DNA of 64,000 nucleotides. Origin: a virus. Below the pieces are notes generated by a model. It was given only the letters and a program-made list of their open reading frames with translations, had not been told where the DNA came from and searched no databases. The position numbers were made by a program, and so were the translations under genes. Shown here piece by piece: positions 1 to 10,259 of this stretch. How positions within the stretch are numbered: the first letter of the stretch is position 1; the number at the start of each line of letters is the position of its first letter. The DNA lies in the IMG/VR virus record IMGVR_UViG_3300008108_000011, positions 64,001 through 128,000 of that record, one strand, 5' to 3'.

Positions 1-1014
1 AATGCTCCATCTGTAAGTATTTCTGTAAACCCTTCTTCTATTATTAATAATGGATCATCTTCAGCAACATTATCTTGGTCTGCTTCTGGAAACGTAAGTA
101 GTGTTAGTGTTACTGATGTAAGTAGCCCTGGAACATCAGGAAGCAGAACTGTTCAGCCAACCTCTACTAGAACATATACTATCACTGCAAGCGGTGAAGG
201 TGGAACAAGTAATGCAAGTACAACTCTTACTGTATATCAACCACCAAATCTTACGTTATCTTTAGACAGATCTTCTATTGCCGCAGGAGAATCTACTACA
301 CTTAGATGGTCAACTACTGGAGACGCAAGCACAATTACATGGACTTCTGGTGGTATTACTAATGGCAACTTGAATAGTTTTACTACAGTTTCACCAACAC
401 AATCACAAACTTATTCTGCAACTGTTTCTGGATTAGGTGGTAGTGATAGTGATAGTATTAGATTAACAGTATATCAAAGACCAACAGTTTCATTGACTGT
501 TCCAACTACATTAAATTATGGTCAACAGGGTATTATAAGTTATGAGAGTTGTTATAGCAATACATCATTAACAATTACTCCATCTTACAGTTACTCTAAT
601 TCTTCTGGATCATCAACTGTAACTGGTGATGCTATTGCTCTACCCACACCAAATTCTGCTGAAGAAGGTGTTGGAATAAATTGTGTTAGTGGAACGTTAA
701 ATACTACTATACCTTACACTAGTTCTGGTCCTAGAACAGTTACTTACTCTTTAGCTGCAGTAGGTTCTGGCGGCGATCGAACAATTACTAATAGTGTAAC
801 AATTAATATCGATGAAACTCCAGAAAATATTAATGTTCCTGAAACAGATGAGTTATATAAACAACAAGAACCAATTTATACACCAAACTACACAATAACA
901 TCAAATTATTTAGAAATTGCTGATATTGATATCCCCGTGGAGATAAAATCTAATTTTCCGATTAAAGTGGATAGAAATAGACAAGACAACTGGCAAGATT
1001 TAAGACAAATATAA
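1..1014 (+). CDS. Tail fibre-associated structural protein with Ig/PKD-like Ser/Thr-rich repeats (5'-partial)
   Basis: Frame is open from base 1 (NAPSVSISVNPSSII...) through the track ORF 370..1014; C-terminus (IDETPENINVPE...IPVEIKSN.PIKVDRN.Q..WQDxRQ) is paralogous to the next gene. Confidence 0.75.
   Translation, partial: NAPSVSISVNPSSIINNGSSSATLSWSASGNVSSVSVTDVSSPGTSGSRTVQPTSTRTYTITASGEGGTSNASTTLTVYQPPNLTLSLDRSSIAAGESTTLRWSTTGDASTITWTSGGITNGNLNSFTTVSPTQSQTYSATVSGLGGSDSDSIRLTVYQRPTVSLTVPTTLNYGQQGIISYESCYSNTSLTITPSYSYSNSSGSSTVTGDAIALPTPNSAEEGVGINCVSGTLNTTIPYTSSGPRTVTYSLAAVGSGGDRTITNSVTINIDETPENINVPETDELYKQQEPIYTPNYTITSNYLEIADIDIPVEIKSNFPIKVDRNRQDNWQDLRQI
280..378 (+). repeat. 99-bp exact direct repeat, copy 1 (copy 2 at 2012..2110)
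   Basis: GCCGCAGGAGAATCT...AACTTGAATAGT identical in both copies, offset 1732. Confidence 0.95.
436..503 (+). repeat. 68-bp exact direct repeat, copy 1 (copy 2 at 2168..2235)
   Basis: GGTGGTAGTGATAGTGATAGT...GACTGTTCC identical, same 1732 offset. Confidence 0.95.
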
Positions 1015-1015
1015 G

Positions 1016-2740
1016 ATGGCAACATACACAACAAATCAAACCGTAACAATACCAGCAAACGCAGCAAATGTTAGAGTTCAAGTTGCTGGAGCTCGCGGTG
1101 GTAATGGTGGAAATGACGGAAATCCTGGAGGAACTGGTGGTAATGGTAGAAGAGGAACTTTTTATCTATCCGATTTTACTGCTAGAACATTAACATTAAA
1201 TATTGGTCAATCTGGTGGTAACGGATTTGGGTGTGTTTCTAATAGTGGATCTGGTGGTGGAGGATCTGGAGTTGCTAGTGGTGGTAATGGTGGTCTTACT
1301 GGTCCTCAAGGATGCTCTGGTGGTGGTGGCGGCGGCGGCGGTGCTACTGGAGTATATGATTCTGTTGCTAGTGGTTGGATAATTGTCGCGGCTGGGGGTG
1401 GCGGAGCGGGTGGAGCTAGTTATCCTGATAGTTTTTTACGTGGTGGTGATGGTGGTTTTGGATTGGGTTTCCTTACTGGTGATGTAAATAGCATATCTAG
1501 AGGTGGTAATGGATCATCGCAAGGATTTGATGGGGGAGGTGGAGGTGGTGGTGGTGGTGGATGCCCAGGAGGCGGCGGTGGTAGAGAAGGAGCTGATGAT
1601 AGAGCAGGTAGATATCCATCTGGAGGTGGTAGTGGAGGTGCCAGTTCATATAATTCTAGTTATGCTACTTTGAGTGGATCTGGCGATACTCATAATGGAA
1701 GTGGTTATGTAGATATTACTTACGATTTAATTAGCCCTAGTGCCACTAGTTTTACTGCTACTCCTTCTTCAATTATACGAGGTCAATCTACTAGATTGGA
1801 GTGGACTACAACTAATACAGTTAGTGCATCAATTAATAATGGCGTTGGTAATGTAACGGTTCCTAATAGTTTTGTTGATGTGTATCCCACTCAAACTACA
1901 ACATATGTTCTTAATTTAGTTGGATATGGTAATGCAACTGGATCTGCTCAAGTTACGATTACTGTATATCAACCACCTATTTTAACTTTCACATTAGATA
2001 GAAATCCAATAGCCGCAGGAGAATCTACTACACTTAGATGGTCAACTACTGGAGACGCAAGCACAATTACATGGACTTCTGGTGGTATTACTAATGGCAA
2101 CTTGAATAGTAATGCCATAGTTTCTCCTTCAGAAAGCACAACATATTCAGCAGTTGTTTCTGGATTGGGTGGTAGTGATAGTGATAGTATTAGATTAACA
2201 GTATATCAAAGACCAACAGTTTCATTGACTGTTCCTGCAAGTATAAATTATGGTCAACAAGGAACAATATCTTATAGTAGTTCATATTCTAATACGAGTT
2301 TAATATTGCAACCTGTTTATACTTACGGAAGAGGAGTTGGAACAATTAACGGAACTGCAATAACTTTAACAAAACCAACTTCTGCTGAAAGTGGTGTTGG
2401 TATAACTACTGTTAATGGAACAATAACAACAGAAATACCATATAATACTACTGGTCCTTTTTCTGTTTCTTATACTCTTACTGGTGTTGGTGGTGGTGGA
2501 GAAGCTTCCACTACTTCAGAAATACAAATTATAGTGGATGAAACACCCGAAAATATTAATCTACCAGAAACTGAAAATGTTTATAAATTGCAAGAACCAA
2601 TTAATACACCAGATTATACTGTAACATCAAATTATCTTGCAGTTGATGGTGTTGACATTCCAGTTGAAGTAAGATCAAATAGACCTATTAAGGTAGATAG
2701 AAATCAGCAACAGGATTGGCAAGATATAAGACAACTATAA
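1016..2740 (+). CDS. Glycine-rich tail fibre-associated structural protein
   Basis: N-terminal poly-Gly domain, then Ig-like repeats paralogous to the upstream gene. Confidence 0.75.
   Translation: MATYTTNQTVTIPANAANVRVQVAGARGGNGGNDGNPGGTGGNGRRGTFYLSDFTARTLTLNIGQSGGNGFGCVSNSGSGGGGSGVASGGNGGLTGPQGCSGGGGGGGGATGVYDSVASGWIIVAAGGGGAGGASYPDSFLRGGDGGFGLGFLTGDVNSISRGGNGSSQGFDGGGGGGGGGGCPGGGGGREGADDRAGRYPSGGGSGGASSYNSSYATLSGSGDTHNGSGYVDITYDLISPSATSFTATPSSIIRGQSTRLEWTTTNTVSASINNGVGNVTVPNSFVDVYPTQTTTYVLNLVGYGNATGSAQVTITVYQPPILTFTLDRNPIAAGESTTLRWSTTGDASTITWTSGGITNGNLNSNAIVSPSESTTYSAVVSGLGGSDSDSIRLTVYQRPTVSLTVPASINYGQQGTISYSSSYSNTSLILQPVYTYGRGVGTINGTAITLTKPTSAESGVGITTVNGTITTEIPYNTTGPFSVSYTLTGVGGGGEASTTSEIQIIVDETPENINLPETENVYKLQEPINTPDYTVTSNYLAVDGVDIPVEVRSNRPIKVDRNQQQDWQDIRQL
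2012..2110 (+). repeat. 99-bp exact direct repeat, copy 2
   Basis: Identical to 280..378. Confidence 0.95.
2168..2235 (+). repeat. 68-bp exact direct repeat, copy 2
   Basis: Identical to 436..503. Confidence 0.95.
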
Positions 2741-2743
2741 ATA
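2736..2743 (+). promoter_or_regulatory. T4-type (gp55) late promoter
   Basis: TATAAATA about 30 nt upstream of the ATG at 2775. Confidence 0.8.
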
Positions 2744-2774
2744 ACATGGGAACTCATAACTAGACTGAACGAGG

Positions 2775-5699
2775 ATGCCATATCAATATTCTACAACACC
2801 GCTATACGTTGCTGAGGGTGATATTCTTCAGTTTAGATATCAAGCACCTCCTTTTTGGGATTATACCGAAACAATTACTATTCAGATTGGTGGATTAACA
2901 ACATACTGGTATGTTACTACAGTTCCAGAAGATTTTAGACCAGATCCTTTTCCTTTAAATGAAGTTAATGATGCTTTGTTGGATACATATTATTATTTTG
3001 ATCCAGTAGTATTCCAAGCAACAACTGGCAATTCAAATACTGTAACTGGATTAACTCCAACAACACAAGCTTCTGTTAGTTTGACTTCTAATTTTATCGG
3101 AACCGTTACTGATTATTCTTTGAGAATAAATGATGGAGCATGGTTTATTCCAGGATCTTCGACAACTGTTCAAAATGGAGATAAAATTGCTTTACGATTA
3201 AAATCTGGTGCTGGGAACCAAGAACTTAGAGAATTAGTTCTTGGTATTGGAACTGGGTATGAAACGTGGAGAGTAACTACTATAGCTATACCAAGAAATG
3301 AACCTATTCCATTTCCAAATTTTACAGATCTTACTGCTCAGTCATTAAACAAAGTAATTTATAGTAATGTTCTTCGTATTCAGGGATTGTTGAGACCAGC
3401 TGCTGTTCAAGTAGATAACGGCGCTTCATTTGCAATATCTAGCACAAATACAACAACTACAAATGCAGATGGATTTGATGTATTAGATGGAGTAACGTTT
3501 GGAACTACAGGAACAATTTCAAACGGTCAATATTTGCAACTTAGAATGACCAGCCCAAGCACAGAGTTTACTTCTAAAACTACTGTTTTGGGGATTGGTG
3601 ATATCACTAGTGGTTCTGATTGGGTTATCACAACAGGTCAAAGCTTATCAACTACTCCAACTAGTTTTACATTTCCTGATATTAGTGGAGCAATTGAAAA
3701 TTTCCTTCAACCATCTGCTGCTAGACCTGTTGGGGGAATAACTGGATTGGGAACTGGAATTAGTGTTCCTGTGGAATTAGTTTCAACTACTGCTTCTGAG
3801 GTTAAAGTTAAAATTAATAATTCTTCGATTGGTGTATTTCCTGCTACCGTTTCAAACGGAGACACAATAACTTTATATGCTAGATCTTCTTCTACTTTTG
3901 GGGCAAGTGTTGAGGTTAATGTGAAAGTTGGTGGAACTACGATTCCTACATGGAGAGTTCAAACAAATACAGGACCAGACACAACAGCAGATTTTACTCC
4001 ACCAACAAATAAAACAAACCAAGTTCCAGGAACTTATGTATCTAGTTCGGTAGTTAGCATTACTGGAATTAATAGGTCAATAACAATTAGTGCTACAAAT
4101 AATGCATTAATTTCAATCGATTATGATACTGCAGTTGCTGGACCCAGAACATTTGATCCTACTGTAAATACTTCATTTTATTTGGTGTTACAATCTTCTT
4201 CTTCATTAAATACTACTGTTTCTACGAGTGTGACAGTAGGAACAGGAACTACAAATAATCCATTTACGTGGTCAGTTGGAACTTATGCAGTTGCACCTCC
4301 AGCACCTAGTTACGTTGGATCTTGGTATAGCAAAAAGAATGAGAAAGTAATTAGAAATGGATCAGGAACAATCACTTCTATCCAGAAAACAAAATATGAT
4401 GGATATTCAGTGGGAACTATTTTACCAATCTTGAAAGAAAGCACAGCTGCTGGTTATGGAACTTTAACCGCTGGAAGTCTTACTGCTAGATTCCCAGGAT
4501 ATTTACTTTGTGATGGATCTTCGTATAATGTAGCAGATTATCCAGTATTGTGGGAAGTAATTGGTAATACATATGGTGGAACTGGATCATATAATACTAC
4601 AACAAAAGCATATAGTGGAACATTCAATGTTCCTGATTATAGAAATGTTAGAATGTGTGGAACTGGATTGATAGATGGTAACAAAGGATCTTCGGCATTC
4701 TTGCCAGTTGATGGTGGTAGTGTCTTTAGTGTTGGATCAACGGGGGGATTTTGGTTTGTTGATAGTGTTGGTGTTGCTGGTCCTCTTCCATACGAACAAG
4801 TCGAAGCATCTTCAAACACTGCTACTACAGGAACTACCAGCCCATTCTTTACTTTGGGAACAGTAAAAACTACTGGTGCTAACTTAGTTACAGCAGAAGT
4901 AAGTTTTACTACAATAGGAACTATTACTGCTCAGGTCGGACCAGTTTCTAGTGTCACTACTTCTGCTCCTTCGCATAGTCATACATATCTCAGTGCTGTG
5001 GTTGATGGTGATAGAGGAGATCCACTAATTCCTTGGGGAGCTAGAGCATTATTTGGAACTACTGCTGGTCCCATTGATACTGGAAATGATTACGCGGGAG
5101 AATTTCCAGATGAATCTGAAGCAACCAATGCTCCTGGTGTTTGGCGACAGTTCCTCACTGGAAGATTTCCAAATTTGGCAGCTGAATTGACTGCTGCTGG
5201 AACTTCTATTGGTGAATTGACAGGTCAGTTGACACGAGAAGGTGACACAAGAATTCAATACGAAAATCTATGGCCCAGTAATCTCACTGGATTAGATACA
5301 AGCAAATTAATTACTCTGAATACTACTGGAAATCGTGAAGTTGCTGGTGTTATTGATACAAATGCGACGACTTTTAGAATAGATGATTTTGTTTCTACAT
5401 CTGGTTCGACGGAAACACACTCTCATTATATTACAACATCCATAGTTACCAATCCATTAACTGATTATTCTTATGGAAATTCTTCTGGTTCTGGAACCAA
5501 GAATGGTTTGGGTGATGCTGCAAATACTTTAAGTATTTCTTTCAATGCATCTGAAACAGGAATAGGCGTTAATGAAGGAACTTTTACAATGAATTCTACC
5601 ATAAAAAATCCAGTTCCAGAAGTTGCTTTATCTCCAAATAGAACAGTTCCTATTTTAGCACCATTCCACAAAGTTAGATATATAATTAAAGCATACTGA
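2775..5699 (+). CDS. Tail fibre protein with tail-collar domain (gp12-like short tail fibre)
   Basis: Tail-collar motif FPGYLLCDGSSYNVADYPVLWEVIGNTYGG...FNVPDYR; C-terminal ...VRYIIKAY; repeated beta-rich domains. Confidence 0.8.
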   Translation: MPYQYSTTPLYVAEGDILQFRYQAPPFWDYTETITIQIGGLTTYWYVTTVPEDFRPDPFPLNEVNDALLDTYYYFDPVVFQATTGNSNTVTGLTPTTQASVSLTSNFIGTVTDYSLRINDGAWFIPGSSTTVQNGDKIALRLKSGAGNQELRELVLGIGTGYETWRVTTIAIPRNEPIPFPNFTDLTAQSLNKVIYSNVLRIQGLLRPAAVQVDNGASFAISSTNTTTTNADGFDVLDGVTFGTTGTISNGQYLQLRMTSPSTEFTSKTTVLGIGDITSGSDWVITTGQSLSTTPTSFTFPDISGAIENFLQPSAARPVGGITGLGTGISVPVELVSTTASEVKVKINNSSIGVFPATVSNGDTITLYARSSSTFGASVEVNVKVGGTTIPTWRVQTNTGPDTTADFTPPTNKTNQVPGTYVSSSVVSITGINRSITISATNNALISIDYDTAVAGPRTFDPTVNTSFYLVLQSSSSLNTTVSTSVTVGTGTTNNPFTWSVGTYAVAPPAPSYVGSWYSKKNEKVIRNGSGTITSIQKTKYDGYSVGTILPILKESTAAGYGTLTAGSLTARFPGYLLCDGSSYNVADYPVLWEVIGNTYGGTGSYNTTTKAYSGTFNVPDYRNVRMCGTGLIDGNKGSSAFLPVDGGSVFSVGSTGGFWFVDSVGVAGPLPYEQVEASSNTATTGTTSPFFTLGTVKTTGANLVTAEVSFTTIGTITAQVGPVSSVTTSAPSHSHTYLSAVVDGDRGDPLIPWGARALFGTTAGPIDTGNDYAGEFPDESEATNAPGVWRQFLTGRFPNLAAELTAAGTSIGELTGQLTREGDTRIQYENLWPSNLTGLDTSKLITLNTTGNREVAGVIDTNATTFRIDDFVSTSGSTETHSHYITTSIVTNPLTDYSYGNSSGSGTKNGLGDAANTLSISFNASETGIGVNEGTFTMNSTIKNPVPEVALSPNRTVPILAPFHKVRYIIKAY

Positions 5700-5706
5700 T
5701 TAATTT

Positions 5707-6366
5707 ATGACAATACAACCATATAGACCACTTGAGTTGATGCGAAATGATGCATTTACTAAATCTTCCTTTGATGATTTCATTGGGGTGTGGGAAGATT
5801 TTGTTCCGACATCATTTTGTGAAGAACTTATTCAGTATTTCGAAGATACGAGATCTTTGAATAGTAGTATTGCTCCAGGTGATTTGGAATCTGACTATCA
5901 AGAATTTGTTAGAGGTGAAGATCAGTATCAAGGAGCATTACATAGGAAAGATGTTTCTATGTTATTGAACTACCATCAACAAGAATTGTCTTATAAAGTG
6001 CATCAATTTTTAACATCTTGTGTATTGCATTACATTGTTGAGTATGATCAACTTAGGAAAGTTCCTATGTTTTCCACTGATATAAAATTTCAAAAAACTT
6101 CCCCTGGCGGCGGGTATCATTTATGGCACTATGAAAATTCTGCAGCATCACATGCTCAGAGAGAATTAACATGGATGATTTATTTAAATGATATTCCAGA
6201 TGGAGAAGGAGAGACAGAATTTTTATATCAAAGAAGAAGAATTAAACCAAAGCAAGGAACTGTTGTTATATGGCCTGCTGGTATGACTCATGTTCATAAA
6301 GGAAATACAGTTCTAACAACAGATAAATACATATTAACAGGATGGTATATTAAATCAGGAAAATAA
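5707..6366 (+). CDS. 2OG-Fe(II) oxygenase (prolyl-4-hydroxylase-like)
   Basis: GGGYHLWHYE...WMIYLND...GETEF...WPAGMTHVHKG...KYILTGW. Confidence 0.85.
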   Translation: MTIQPYRPLELMRNDAFTKSSFDDFIGVWEDFVPTSFCEELIQYFEDTRSLNSSIAPGDLESDYQEFVRGEDQYQGALHRKDVSMLLNYHQQELSYKVHQFLTSCVLHYIVEYDQLRKVPMFSTDIKFQKTSPGGGYHLWHYENSAASHAQRELTWMIYLNDIPDGEGETEFLYQRRRIKPKQGTVVIWPAGMTHVHKGNTVLTTDKYILTGWYIKSGK

Positions 6367-6369
6367 ATC

Positions 6370-7269
6370 ATGCCATATCAACCAATTTTTAGAACAGCTA
6401 TAGTTGAGGCTGATTTCTTAAATAAAATTCTGATTACAACACCAACATTTGTTGAGGCGGGAGAAAAGATTCCTCTCAATAGAGTAAATATATCAGAAGA
6501 AATTTGTGAAAGATTTTTAAATGAACAAGTAGATTCATATTGGCACTCTGAAAAAGATAAATTAGAATATTTTGTTGCATATAATGATGGAACTTACTAT
6601 TGTCAAAGAAAAAGAGTAAGGTATGATTTCGAAACAAAAACAAATTATTGGTCAACATATAATTTTAATGGAGCCTCTAAAGATCAAATAGAAGCATTAA
6701 CAAATAAAATTCTTGATCTTACCGCTGCTCTTAGGGAATATAAAATTGCTGAGTATGAGGGTGTTCTTGAAAAGATTGATCAAGAGTTTATTTTCTTTGA
6801 TCAAAGATGGTTGAAGAAATTCAGAGAAAAACAAATGATGTTATCTGCTTCTGATTGGAGAGTTCTTCCTGATGTTGAGGATTCATATCCAGGCGAAAAG
6901 GATATGTGGATAAAGTGGCGTTCTACGATGAGATCGGAGACTGTAAAGAAACCTCAGGAATTTGAAACGAATTTAGAATTTTTAAAATATTTGTATGACC
7001 ATAAGTGGCCAATAGATCCAAAAAGATATAAAGAAAAATATCCAGATTCTGATGTTGAATACCTTTCTACTGAAGATCAATGGGTTAGTTATGATAGTGA
7101 AGCATCTACTGATTTTGTTGATTCTAGACTTGTCAATATTCTCAGTTCCAGTGGTGTTTATAGAGAAAAAATTGTTGATATTAAACGATCTGTATTCGAA
7201 CTTATTAAAGATCTTAGACTGGAAGACTTCACAGAAATTAATTACGATCAATATAATATTATAGAATGA
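6370..7269 (+). CDS. Hypothetical protein containing a tail-fibre assembly chaperone-like segment
   Basis: REKQMMLSASDWRVLPDV...WIKWRSTMR resembles the R-x-L-x-SDW-x-LPD...W-x-YRQ-x-LR chaperone motif; located after tail fibre genes. Confidence 0.55.
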   Translation: MPYQPIFRTAIVEADFLNKILITTPTFVEAGEKIPLNRVNISEEICERFLNEQVDSYWHSEKDKLEYFVAYNDGTYYCQRKRVRYDFETKTNYWSTYNFNGASKDQIEALTNKILDLTAALREYKIAEYEGVLEKIDQEFIFFDQRWLKKFREKQMMLSASDWRVLPDVEDSYPGEKDMWIKWRSTMRSETVKKPQEFETNLEFLKYLYDHKWPIDPKRYKEKYPDSDVEYLSTEDQWVSYDSEASTDFVDSRLVNILSSSGVYREKIVDIKRSVFELIKDLRLEDFTEINYDQYNIIE

Positions 7270-7745
7270 TACATGAAATTGATTTACTAAATGATGATCA
7301 ACTTCAATATATTAATGATTATTTTAACTATCTGACATTTAAAGATGGAAAAATTAGCAATCCTGGTATTTTGAAAGTATGTGAAACTGTTTTTGATGGT
7401 CCAGGTATTGCAGAACTTAATGATTATTGTCAGCAAATTATTTTAAATACAAATTTACCATTTTTGGTATCTAGAATATCACAAATTTATTTTGTAAAAT
7501 ATAGCGTTGGTGGTCAATATAAAGATCACTATGATTCTAATCCTTGTGGTGGAGTTAGACCAGATTACAGTATGACTTGTTTTTTGAGTGATGATTATGA
7601 TGGTGGTGAATTAGTTATAGAAAATGAAAAATCTGTAAAATTGAAAAGGGGCAAAGCAGTAGTATATCCAGGCAATTTACTTCATAGAGTAAATAAAGTA
7701 ATGTCTGGAAGACGAGATGTTTTTATATGTTGGATTGAAATATGA
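7266..7745 (+). CDS. 2OG-Fe(II) oxygenase, PKHD-type (PiuC/YbiX-like)
   Basis: YKDHYD...SMTCFLSDDYDGGELVI...YPGNLLHRVNKVMSGRRDV. Confidence 0.85.
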   Translation: MIHEIDLLNDDQLQYINDYFNYLTFKDGKISNPGILKVCETVFDGPGIAELNDYCQQIILNTNLPFLVSRISQIYFVKYSVGGQYKDHYDSNPCGGVRPDYSMTCFLSDDYDGGELVIENEKSVKLKRGKAVVYPGNLLHRVNKVMSGRRDVFICWIEI

Positions 7746-8260
7746 CTGAAATACTGTGTTATGATAATTTTTTTGAACAAAATGAATTCAAAAAAATACT
7801 TGAATATGTGGGCAGACCTTGTTGGGGATTTGGTCATGGAACATTTGATGAATCACATCCTCAATATAAGAATAGCATTCCTTTTTGGGGTATGAATTTA
7901 GATGGAGAAGAGTATTTTACTAATTTTCTTCTAAATAAGATACAGGATAAAACTCAAACGAGATTTAAACTGCTGACAGTGTATGCTAATGGGCATACTT
8001 TTGGAACAAAAGGATCGTTTCACCAAGATTGGTATGACTATAGTGGGAGAACATTTCTTTTATATGCAAATACTGATTGGAATGTAGAATGGGGTGGAAA
8101 CACGGTTTTTGATTTGGGAAACGAAGAATATCAATTCTCTGTTCCTAAACCAAATACTGCTCTTTTATTCCCTGGTGTTATACCACATTATGCAGATGCC
8201 ACTACCAGATTGTATACTGGTTTAAGAATAACAATAGCTTGGAAGTTACTTTTGGAGTAA
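7742..8260 (+). CDS. 2OG-Fe(II) oxygenase
   Basis: FHQD...LLYAN..W..EWGGNT...LFPGVIPHYA...RITIAWK. Confidence 0.8.
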   Translation: MTEILCYDNFFEQNEFKKILEYVGRPCWGFGHGTFDESHPQYKNSIPFWGMNLDGEEYFTNFLLNKIQDKTQTRFKLLTVYANGHTFGTKGSFHQDWYDYSGRTFLLYANTDWNVEWGGNTVFDLGNEEYQFSVPKPNTALLFPGVIPHYADATTRLYTGLRITIAWKLLLE

Positions 8261-8261
8261 A

Positions 8262-8603
8262 ATGAAACAGGATTACGAAGTATTATACTTTCAAAATTTC
8301 ATAGAAGAATCTGTAAAATCTTTAGGTAAACCTGCAATTTACCTCAGATCTTATGGGTGGAACAACAGCACAGACATTCAGAAAATCAATGATTCAATGG
8401 ATGTTTATAGATCCATGCTTCCAGTTGACATGTTTAATGCACTTCATGATTCTGAATTTGTTTTTCTTTTACTAGAAGATATGGAGGAAGCAATTCAATT
8501 TTGTGAAGATACATTTCCAAAAGATCAAGCAAGTTGTGAGAAAGAATTTTATATTCATTGCTCGATAATCAACGAGCAGGGTCAAACGATATATTCAAAT
8601 TAA
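8262..8603 (+). CDS. Hypothetical protein
   Basis: Tightly packed 113-aa ORF. Confidence 0.65.
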   Translation: MKQDYEVLYFQNFIEESVKSLGKPAIYLRSYGWNNSTDIQKINDSMDVYRSMLPVDMFNALHDSEFVFLLLEDMEEAIQFCEDTFPKDQASCEKEFYIHCSIINEQGQTIYSN

Positions 8604-8604
8604 T

Positions 8605-9483
8605 ATGTTTTCAGCAGAATTCACTACTTTTCACAAGTATAATTTGAGAACAAAAGAGAAAGTATCTACGGTTTCTATTATGCCGTATGATTACACTTCT
8701 TTGTATGACCCTCAGTATCTACCAGAATTGTCTGAAAAATCTTTTGATGTATTGAAGTCTTATTGTGCATATAGATTTCTTCATACAGCCTATCCTTTGT
8801 ATGATGATGCAAAATTAGTTAAAATTGAACACTGTGATGATAATATATTAAAATATGAAATAGTAAATTCTTTTCCTTACCATTTAATTTATACTGATAC
8901 TAGAAATTGGAATCATTTTGTTTCTAGTATTCAGTGTGAAGAAATGAGATCATGTAAAAAATACATTGACAGAATGACTGACATAACTGATATTGGTGTC
9001 ACTTATTTAACATCGGTAGAATATGATGAAAATTGTAATTTTTCTTATGTGAATATATTTGATTCTGATTACAATTTAGTCGGATACGATGATAATATAT
9101 CACTTCATTCGATGAATAATTATTGCAAATCTTTTGGTGGAACTAACTTGAAACCAGTGGGAGTGATTGGTTTTTCTCCATCTGGTAATATAAAATTTAA
9201 TCTTAAACTTAATTACTATGATGGTGTCTATAGGTATGAAAAACTGTCACCCCTTCCTTCTAAAATAGAAAATACTAGTAAGTCTTCGCAAAGAGAACAA
9301 CAAATCAGTCAAATGGTTGCACATGGATTATTGGAACCAGAAGATCTTGATTTTATAGATTCTATTTCTACGGATGAAACACGCTGCGATTTCGAATATT
9401 TCCTGAACGAAGATGGTTCTATAAAAGAAATTTATGTATACAACTGCGTTGTATATGAATTTAAAAACCTTTTGGGGGCTTGA
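8605..9483 (+). CDS. Hypothetical protein
   Basis: Tightly packed 292-aa AT-rich ORF. Confidence 0.65.
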   Translation: MFSAEFTTFHKYNLRTKEKVSTVSIMPYDYTSLYDPQYLPELSEKSFDVLKSYCAYRFLHTAYPLYDDAKLVKIEHCDDNILKYEIVNSFPYHLIYTDTRNWNHFVSSIQCEEMRSCKKYIDRMTDITDIGVTYLTSVEYDENCNFSYVNIFDSDYNLVGYDDNISLHSMNNYCKSFGGTNLKPVGVIGFSPSGNIKFNLKLNYYDGVYRYEKLSPLPSKIENTSKSSQREQQISQMVAHGLLEPEDLDFIDSISTDETRCDFEYFLNEDGSIKEIYVYNCVVYEFKNLLGA

Positions 9484-9509
9484 CAAGCGGTTGACATCCG
9501 TGCTACAGT
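9480..9509 (+). promoter_or_regulatory. Sigma70-type promoter
   Basis: TTGACA-N18-TACAGT with extended -10 TG; second TTGACA at 9491. Confidence 0.55.
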
Positions 9510-9533
9510 AGCAGAGCACTGAACAAGACACCC

Positions 9534-9767
9534 ATGAAAGGCATCATCGATTACGGTGACGACGGCGTAGTTCCGATGATTGATTCGGATGACGTTGAGA
9601 ATGTCGTAGAAACCATTCTTGAGTATGTAGAGAATCGCTTTGAACTTCTTCACAAAGAAGGAGGTCGTGATCGTGACATCTTTGCTCTCGTTGAAGAGTT
9701 CCAAGAGTGGGGAGCTGCTGAGCAAGGCGACGAAATTTCTTACTTTACTTGCCCTACTTTTGGTTGA
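9534..9767 (+). CDS. Hypothetical acidic protein
   Basis: 77-aa ORF directly after the promoter. Confidence 0.65.
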   Translation: MKGIIDYGDDGVVPMIDSDDVENVVETILEYVENRFELLHKEGGRDRDIFALVEEFQEWGAAEQGDEISYFTCPTFG

Positions 9768-9772
9768 TTATC

Positions 9773-10258
9773 ATGCTTTGGAACATTGACGCTCAAAAAG
9801 TTGCTGACGGTTACGGTATTAGTCTGGATGATTTTATTGACACCGTAAACGGTAGCGGCACATCACCAATTACAGAAGTAGCAGTTGCTAACATTCTTGG
9901 TGGTCAACGTGTCGTTGGTAAACAACTTCCTTACGATGTGATTGCCAAGGAACGTATTAATCAATTGGTAGAAGTTCGTAATATTTGCAAGACACAATAT
10001 GTTTATTTTTCGCCCTCTACCGCTACTGGTAAAGGTCGTTTTTACGATGAAAATGACTACCAAAAGAAATTGAGTTCGATTGATTCTTATGTCTTCTGTG
10101 ATCTTCGTGCTCGCTTCACTGAACCTCCTAAGTTCTATGAAATTCCAGTTGACAAAGTAGTAGAATTGACGGATAATGGAACAATCAAAGATGGTAAAGT
10201 AACGGTCAAGCAATTCTTTGATCTCTTCCCCTACGAACAATACGCTCTCAAACCCTGA
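9773..10258 (+). CDS. Putative PD-(D/E)xK-fold (restriction-like) endonuclease
   Basis: ATG at 9773; PYD-x11-EVR motif followed by YFSPS..G.GR; stop is 1 nt before the MTase start. Confidence 0.45.
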   Translation: MLWNIDAQKVADGYGISLDDFIDTVNGSGTSPITEVAVANILGGQRVVGKQLPYDVIAKERINQLVEVRNICKTQYVYFSPSTATGKGRFYDENDYQKKLSSIDSYVFCDLRARFTEPPKFYEIPVDKVVELTDNGTIKDGKVTVKQFFDLFPYEQYALKP

Positions 10259-10259
10259 T

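Noticed and set aside
370-1014. Track ORF start at 370
   Set aside because: The frame is open from base 1; the gene begins upstream of the window.
1230-1640. GGT/GGA/GGC microsatellite-like runs
   Set aside because: Explained by the poly-glycine domain of the encoded protein.
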